Source of the DNA: Proteromonas lacertae
Lineage: Eukaryota
NCBI GenBank assembly: GCA_002245135.1
Contig: NGBS01001160.1
Span: 744,001 to 808,000 of the forward strand
DNA: 64,000 bases
Direction of reading: 5' to 3'
Shown here in pieces: positions 55,896 to 64,000 of the stretch (position 1 is its first letter; every line of letters starts with the position of its first letter). The notes under the pieces were generated by a model. The model did no database searches, was not told where the DNA came from, and saw only the letters and a list, made by a program, of their open reading frames with translations. A program made the position numbers and the translations under genes.

Positions 55896-57251
55896 CTAAA
55901 ACAGAATTGGATCATCTGAAAATGAAAATTTACTTTGCTCACTAGCTGCACTCTCTCTTCTCGAACATTTTACATTATTATTAAATTCAGGAGTATCAGA
56001 TCTTCTAACAGGAGATTGAACTTTATCAAACCTTACATGTCTTGATTGTACTAATTTTATAGTTTTTCTTTCATCTCTATAATAAGTAGATACTCTAGTT
56101 ACAATTACATAACATAAATCACAAACCCTTTCCTGGTAATAATTACCTAATCGTCTTAATACAACATATTTACTACAGCAATTACCACAAAACGAATGTC
56201 CACATTACAAGAATTAAAATTAAACTAAAAATAAAAATGAAAATAGTATTAAAAAAATGATATATTTCTACAATGATGTTTAAAAGTTAGCCATCCAAAA
56301 CTCCTATCACAACTATGACAAAATGGAGTTCCTTTCTTATCCCACACAGGAATTGTACCATCTCTTGTCAGTATTAATCTTGAAGTGTATAATAATTCTA
56401 ATAGAAAATGTCTCATATTCTTATTCATTACACTATTCAATTATAATTATAAATAAATATATATATATATATACTTTGCATCAAATCTTGTAGCTTCATC
56501 ACTATCATCACTCACTTCTATTGGATCTACTTCCTCTATTACATCTTCAATATCTTCCCAAAAGTCAGTATGTTTATATTTTCGTGTTAATAATGGTTTT
56601 GGTGGAGATGAAATTGATGAATTATCTCTTTCAGATATTGGATGTAGAGCTGGAGATAGATCTGCTAGGGATATGAATCCATCAGTTTTGGCTTTTTCAC
56701 GAAGTTTCATTGGTAATTCTTCTTCATTTCCTTGCTCTAGAGTATTCTAATTAATTAATTACATTTAATATGAAATTATACTAAGATATCTGGAATTGCT
56801 GTGCTTACTGGTTTATTCATACCATCTAAAGTCCTTTTCAAATCCTATATTATTAAATGGATAAATCTTACTTCTATTTCTATAGACTGCATTAAATTAT
56901 CTTCTTCAGCCATTTGTTTCATTTCTTCTTTCCTTAATATCTTCTCTGCAAACTTCAGAGACTCCACCCGTTGCTTTAATTTACTATTTTCGTCTCTGAG
57001 TTGATATATCATCGCTTCATATTTCCTAAGCTTCTAATAAAATAAATTGCAAATAAATACTTCTACTAATTTGTCTTGTATAGCTAGTTCTATGATTGGA
57101 TCTGATTCAGAAGGATTTCGTAGATCGGATAGGAAAACTAAGAATAGAATAATATTGCAATTCATACCATCTAAACTAGTCCTTCTAGTGTAATTGTGTT
57201 CTAGAAATTATAGATAAGAATGCCAATACCTTCATCGCTGTCCATTGACAT
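55896..57251 (-). CDS. Coiled-coil + FYVE zinc-finger protein
   Basis: W....CHSCDRSFGWLTFKHHCRNCGHSFCGNC...RVCDLC after removing a non-canonical intron. Confidence 0.85.
56205..56263 (-). other. Non-canonical AT-AA intron, U12-like
   Basis: ATATCATTTT...TTTTAATTCTTGTAA; removal restores HHCRN|CG. Confidence 0.7.
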
Positions 57252-57382
57252 ATTTACAGGTGTATTTATTTTATTAGTTACTTTTGATTTTAACCAAAAA
57301 CAAAATACAATATCATTCAAGCTTTTAAAGAAAAAGCTTGACAAACTCATTCAAATATTATAAAATATTGATTTTATCAACA

Positions 57383-59382
57383 ATGGGACATCATCATGTA
57401 TTAAAAATATCATTTTTATTTTTTTAGGGGCATTCACATCATCATCATTCCAGTCATCATAGACAGTATGCTTTTATTTTTAATTTTAGTCGTTCTCCAT
57501 CTGATGAAAGTGATGAAACTTCAAAATCAAGATCAAGATCACCAGTAAGAGAAAAATCAAGAAAAGACAAACATTCTTCAAAAAGAACGCCTTCTCCACC
57601 AAAAGATAATGAAAAGACACCTCCAATATCACCAAAGCATAATAAGGATACACGTACTCCACCACCACCACCACCACTACCAGTTAATCAAGATGATTAT
57701 GAAGAAGAGAATAATCCAGCTCCTGCGCCAGTAGAACAACCTGAAATACCATTACCAGCAAAATTTACTCGTTCTGGAATGACAGCAGGTGTATATATCC
57801 CACCTCACAGATTAGCTCAAATGAAAATCAGTGATGATAAAAGTTCAGTTGAATATCAACGAACTACATGGGATGCACTTCGTAAGAGTATAAATGGTGT
57901 AATTAATAAAGTCAATATCTCCAATATAACATCAATAATAGGTGAATTATTCCAAGAAAATCTAGTAAGAGGAAGAGGTTTGTTAGCTCGAGCTTTAATG
58001 AAAGCTCAATTAGCCTCACCCGGTTTTACACATGTATATGCAGCATTAATAGCAGTAGTAAATACAAAATTACCAGAAAACGGTGAATTATTAGTGAAAA
58101 GAGTTGTATTTCAATTTAGAAAAGCTTTTAAAAGAAATGATAAAATAGTAGCAACAGGATTGGTTATGTTTATTGCACATTTAGTAAATCAACAAGTAGT
58201 TCATGAGTTATTAGCATTAGAAATCATTACATTGTTATTAAGTAAGCCAACAAATGATAGTGTTGAAGTGGCAATCTCATTTGTTAAAGAATGTGGTCAA
58301 ATGTTGCAAGAAGTAAGTCCAATGGGTTTTAATGGAGTATTTGAGAGATTTAAAGGTATTTTACATGAAGGAGATATAGATAAAAGAGTGCAATATACAA
58401 TAGAAGGATTATTTGCAGTGAGAAAGTCAAATTTTAGAGATTATCCTGCTGTTCATCCTGATTTACAATTAGTAGAAAGTGAAGATCAAATAACACATGA
58501 AATATCATTAGATGATAAGATAGATAAAGAAGATCATTTAGATGTATTCCATCCTGACCCACACTTTATAGAGAATGAAGAATTATGGAATAAAATAAAG
58601 GAAGAGATATTAGGTAGTGGTGATAATAATGATGATAATAATGATAGTGAAAAGAGTGATAATAACAGTGAAGGAGAAAGTGGTAGTGATAGTGAAGATG
58701 AAGATAATGATAAAAAGACTGTAGAAATTGAAGATTTAAGTGAACAAGACTTAGTTAATTTAAGAAGGACAGTATATTTAACAATAATGAACTCAGTAGG
58801 ATATGAAGAATGTGTTCATAAATTATTAAAAATCAATTTAAAAGATGGTGAAGAATATCACTTATGTAATATGATAGTAGAGAGTTGTGCTCAAGATAAG
58901 AGTTATAATCGATTCTATGGTTTAATTGCACAAAGATTATGTATAGTACATAGTAAATGGCAAGTTGAATTTGAAAAGACATTTGAAGAACAATATGCTA
59001 CTATTCATCGATTAGATACGAATAAATTGAGAAATATATCAAAGTTTTATAGTCATTTATTATATACTGATTCTATGCCTTGGACAGTGTTTGAATTTAT
59101 TCATTTGAATGAAGATGAAACTACTTCTGCAAGTAGAATATTTATAAAATTTTTGTATATTTTATTTTTTTATAATTATATTTTTTGAATAGATTATTAG
59201 ATATTGTAGAGAATCTTGGATTGGAGAAGGTGAAAGAAAGATTCTTTGACCCGTATATGACAGAGACATTCTCAGGATTGTTTCCAACAGATACTCCAAA
59301 GAATATTCGATTTGCGATTAATTTTCTTACTCAGATTGGTTTAGGTGAATTAACTGATCATCTTCGTGAATTACTAAAATAA
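57383..59382 (+). CDS. CWC22: Splicing factor CWC22 (MIF4G + MA3)
   Basis: GVYIPP, YQRTTWDALRKSINGVINK, ENLVRGRGL, LRRTVYLTIM, RFAINFLTQIGLG. Confidence 0.95.
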
Positions 59383-59480
59383 ATTATTAATAAATTTTGT
59401 CTTGTTTGTGTGTTTTATGGTTTTAATGATTTATCTCAATAATATATCCGTTTCATCAACATATTTTTTAGATTTTTGGA

Positions 59481-60437
59481 ATGAAGTGTTTAGCCTTGTT
59501 ATTAATTTTTTCAATCGCATTATGTGGATGTCCAAATAATTGCAACGGTCATGGTAAGTGTAATGCAGGAGTTTGTGAATGTTTTAGATCAACTGGTGTA
59601 GAAAGCATACCAGATGCTGCAGATAGTACTGGTGCTTCTGCAACATACAACTTAGAATCATACTATGGACCAGATTGCTCAAGAAGTATATAATTTACTT
59701 TAATTTGTTTAGAAATGTGTCCAATGGGTATTTCATTTGCTTCACTTCGTGAAACAGGATATACAGTAAATTTAGAAGCTTCAAGTGCTGCAAATGAGCC
59801 AACTGTTGTTCCAAACAGAAGAATGGATGATAAGTTAGTTCAAGGTGGTGATGGACAACCTGAACCTACAGCTTCAGCTTCAGCTTCTGCTGCACCTGGA
59901 GGTAGTGGTGTTCCAGATCACCATATGTATGCTGAATGTAGTGGAGCTGGTTTATGTAATTCAGAAACTGGTGTTTGTGAATGTTTTGATGGATTTGAAG
60001 GTAAAGCTTGTCAAAGAATGTCTTGTCCAAATAAATGCAGTGGAAAAGGCAAATGCGTTCCAATTAGTGAAGCTGTTGGATTAGATGGTACTACAAATAA
60101 AAATATTAAAGATTATTTTGGGTTTAATGGAAGAGAAACACATGGTACTCCTAGTAATACTCCAGTAAAAGATAATGATTCTGAAGCTAAATTCTTTGGT
60201 TGTTTATGTGATAAAGGATTTAGAGGTCCAGACTGTTCATTGAGAGAATGTCCATCAGGAGAAGATCCACAAGGAGCAACTAATAAATGACTACTACTCC
60301 TAATCTAGTGTACTGATCTTAAGTTGAAGCAAAGAGATTGTAGTGGAAGAGGTACTTGCAATTATGAGACAGGTGAATGTCAATGTTTCGATGGATATAG
60401 TGGAGCTAGTTGCAGTTCTATGACAACATTCATGTAA
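59481..60437 (+). CDS. Secreted EGF-like Cys-rich protein of the stramenopile mastigoneme (Mas/Sig/Ocm) type
   Basis: Signal peptide, CPNNCNGHG, GPDCS..CP.G, AECSGAGLC, GPDCSLRECPSGEDP, RDCSGRGTCNYETGEC; disrupted at 60280-60312. Confidence 0.8.
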
Positions 60438-60495
60438 AATTACAATCAAAAGAATTAATTCACTTTTTAATTAAAGAATTTATATTTACAATTTA

Positions 60496-62727
60496 TTATT
60501 CTACCCTAATGGTGTTGCGGGTATAGGGAATTTCAGTCGATCTACTCTCACTACTTTGCATTTTCACATATTCTTTCAGTTCATCATATTTCCATATTCC
60601 ATTGATTATTTCACCCAAATTTTGATAAGTTCCTCTACCATGTCTTTTATCATACTTAAACTCTCCACTATACTTCGATCTATTCTTATATCTCAATTCA
60701 CCACTTCCAAACCTTTCATTATCTTTCCACATACCTATATAAACATCACCATTTGCATAATGGCAAGTTCCTAAGCCATTTCTTTTATCACCAACCCATT
60801 TTCCATTATAAATTTCTGTTTGAACACAATCAAGTGGATGATAAGTATATATTCCTTCACCATTTCTTCTATTATTCCTCCACAATCCTTCATACACTGA
60901 TCCATCTTCATATATACATTTTCCACTTCCATTTCTAACTCCTTCTTTCCAATATCCACTATAATATTCTCTATTATTGTTATAAATATATTCTCCACTT
61001 CCATCATATAATCCATTCATCCAATTACCTTTATAAACATCTCCATTTTTATATCTCATTTCACCATATCCAACTATTTGATTATGTTCATAATTACCTT
61101 TATAATAATCACCATTTGAAAATATTATTTCGACTATACCATTCATTTCATTATTTACATAATTTCCTATAATTTCTCTTATTTCATAACCATTTGGATA
61201 TTTTATTCTACATTTTCCATCAGTAATATTTCCATCTTTAAATATACCACTTATTGAATATCCATCTGGATTTATTAACTCACCAGAACCATCATATTCA
61301 CCATCTACAAATGAACCACGATATACAGTTCCATTAGATAATTTCAATAATCCATTTCCATTTGGTTTATCATCACTCCAATCACCAGTATATATTCCTC
61401 CTCTGTAAGAATAAGTAATTTCTCTTTTAGCTTCTTCTTCTCTTTCTTTTTCTTCTTCTTCTAATGATTTCTTGGTTTTGTAAGTTATAATATATCCGTT
61501 TTGATTTGGTTTATCTCCACTCAATCCTCCAATACAAACAATATTATTATCATTATTTATGAATATATTACCACCATATATTGTCTTTGGAATTAGACTA
61601 TTATTATCATTATTATTTTCATATTTCATCCATGTATAAGTAGTTAAATCCAATATATACACATCACTATTAACTTCACCATTTTCATTTATTCCACCAA
61701 TTACTATCATTGACATATTATCAATATTATTAAATATCATTCCACTACAATAATTACATAAACTCCTATTAGATGGAATACAACCAGTCATTGATAAATA
61801 TTTCCACTCTAAATTCTCTTTATCAAATAGAAAACAATCATTTAAAAAACATCCTTTACTTCTTCCACCATAAATTAATATTCCTTTATCAGTATTACAA
61901 TAACAAGAAAATGCTCTTGATTTTGGATTATTATTATTATTATTTGTATTTGTATTGTTTGGTGGTGGTTTGGGAATTGCTATTTTCTTCTTTCCTTTTA
62001 CTTCTTTTATTTTAGATATTGCAGAGGTTATTACTGTATTTGGCATCATCTGATGTGGATGGTATTATTAATTCCCATTTATTGAGTGAAATTGTATAAA
62101 TCCAAACATCATTATAATATGTATTACTTCTATTATTTACTCCACCAAAATAGAACAATTGATCTTCGTTTAAGACTGTAAATATTGAACCTAATCGTGG
62201 TGGTGGTAATTGTATTTCTATTGGTTCATTTTGTTTGGGTTTTTTGATTGGTGATTTTGGTGGTGATTTATTGGGTGATTTCTTTCTTTCTGGTGATTTT
62301 GGTTGTGTAACCGTTTCATCTATTATTGGCTCGAATGGAGTTTCTGGTAATAAGGTGAATATAGATGATTGAATATCATATTTGTAGAATTCACTTGATA
62401 AATGATAGATTCCTAGTTTCATCCATTACTTCACCTGAATATAAAAACACAGAATCACCACATTTTACACATCCACATCCTATAAATAAAGAGATTTATA
62501 GATATATATAATCTATACCTGATCTATTACGAATTGGTTTTTCAACTGGTACTTTTAGTCATTTTTAAATTATTTTTATTTACTTTTATAACTCGTATGT
62601 CTGAACTACAATATTTATCATAACTATATCCTCCAATAATCATAATTTCTTCATCATTTAGTTCCACAAAAGAACCTAAATGAGTTTCAAGATTGAAATC
62701 CTTCTGAATGCTCCAAAAAACCTCCAT
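60496..62727 (-). CDS. Kelch-repeat + MORN-repeat protein
   Basis: IIGG/FGG/YGG..ND.W kelch blades followed by tandem Y.G.W....G.G repeats; +1 shifts near 62554 and 62042. Confidence 0.85.
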
Positions 62728-62839
62728 CAAATGTTTTTAAAAACAGTTTTAACCAAAATTATTTTCGTAAACCAAATTCTTACCAAACAAGCTTTTTTTC
62801 TCATTTCTTGCATCTCGTGAAATTCGCAAGTTATAGAGA

Positions 62840-64000
62840 ATGAATGATATTACAGAATTTCACAAACCCCATAGAAAGTCGATGAAAGGGAGAAAAGAGA
62901 ATGAAAAGAAGATCGAAAAACTCAAATCACTCAATCAGAAAAGTACCCATCCAGGAGTATAATTTTTATTCATAATTTTGTTGTTACAAATAGGCTTTTA
63001 CATTTGTACATGTTCAAAAAACAAATAGAAATGTTAGAAGAACTTTAAACATAGCTATAAAGAAACATGTAGTTCCAATGGTAAATAGACAGTCTGAAAA
63101 TCCACCACCAATAGTTGTTGCTGTTGTTGGACCTCCGACAAGTTGGTAAAAGTACATTAATTAGAGTATTCTTTATTATCAATTATTAAATCAATAGGGA
63201 CTAGTTAAAAAATACACTAAACATACAATAACAGATATAAAAGGACCAGTTACAGTAGTTAGTGGTAAAAATCGAAGAGTAACATTTATAGAATGTCCTA
63301 ACGATATAAATGCAATGGTCGACACAGCCAAAATAGCAGATTTAGTATTAGCATTAGTAGATGGTAGTTTTGGTTTTGAAATGGAAACATTTGAATTTAT
63401 CGATATGTTAAAGATCCACGGTTTTCCCAAAATTATGGGAGTGATGACCCATTTAGATCAATTCAAAGATTCAAAAGTCTTACAAAAAATGAAAAAAAGA
63501 TATAAGAATCGATTTTGGAGTGAAATTTATGATGGTGCAAAAATGTTTTACATCCCAGGAATAAAGAATGGGAAATACCCTAAAACCGAAATCCACAATT
63601 TAGCCTTATACATCTCCAGAATCAAATTCAGACCATTAAAATGGCGAAATGAACATCCTTATATCTTAGTAGATCGATATGAAGATATAACTAATCCATT
63701 GGATATAGAAAACAATAAAGAAATAGATAGAAATGTCGTATTATATGGATATGTAAGAGGAACATATTTAAAGAATGATTCACGTGTTCATTTAATTGGT
63801 GCTGGTGATTATACAATTCAATCAATTACAAAGTTACCAGATCCTTGTCCTTTACCAGATAAAGGTGAAGATGGAAAGAAGAAAAGAAGACATTTAAATG
63901 ATAAAGAAACATTATTATATGCACCAATGTCTAGTGTTGGTAATATTTTATTTGATAAAGATGCGATGTATATTAATATGAATGAAATAAAGATAAATAA
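62840..64000 (+). CDS. BMS1: Ribosome biogenesis GTPase BMS1 (5' part)
   Basis: PPPIVVAVVGPP.VGKS, GPVTVVSGKNRRVTFIECP, HGFPKIMGVMTHLD, LYAPMS; +1 shift at 63135-63138. Confidence 0.95.

Noticed and set aside
13513..63138. Obligate programmed +1 frameshifting (Euplotes- or Perkinsus-like)
   Set aside because: No single slippery motif; GCC-A is read in frame elsewhere (6301); in Hsp70 the conserved LIYDFGG frame resumes upstream of the stop. Not fully excluded without reads.
14078..64000. Calling frameshifted genes pseudogenes
   Set aside because: Conserved genes such as BMS1, CCDC130 and CFAP58 are otherwise intact, so a consensus artefact is more plausible.
1..64000. Stop-codon reassignment
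   Set aside because: In-frame stops fall in introns or just after indels; TAA, TAG and TGA all end genes.

Overview
AT-rich, gene-dense eukaryotic nuclear DNA with tiny (about 23-45 nt) GTAT...TAG introns and mostly 55-370 bp intergenic spaces. Intron style, TGTTTGTT-like 3' motifs, Ig-like surface proteins and a mastigoneme-type gene point to a gut stramenopile of the Blastocystis/Proteromonas (Opalinata) group; this is an inference. I can model about 28 protein genes and see no rRNA, tRNA, CRISPR or mobile element. Highlights: (1) a 59-nt AT-AA intron with U12-like signals that is required to rebuild a FYVE zinc finger; (2) about 20 single-base +1 frameshifts, most reading as two synonymous alleles written side by side (GC[C/T], CC[G/A], AG[G/A]), probably collapsed heterozygosity rather than pseudogenes or recoding; (3) a 4.9-kb tandem surface-protein repeat with a mosaic of identical and hypervariable blocks; (4) a Venus-flytrap/7TM/RGS fusion; (5) an intronless bacterial-type ADP-forming acetate-CoA ligase; (6) unusual domain variants: a C2H2 finger inside VPS13, a MOB protein with a CaaX tail, a membrane NEK pseudokinase, and an ankyrin/degenerate-kinesin paralog pair. 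All family calls are by motif recognition; no searches were run.
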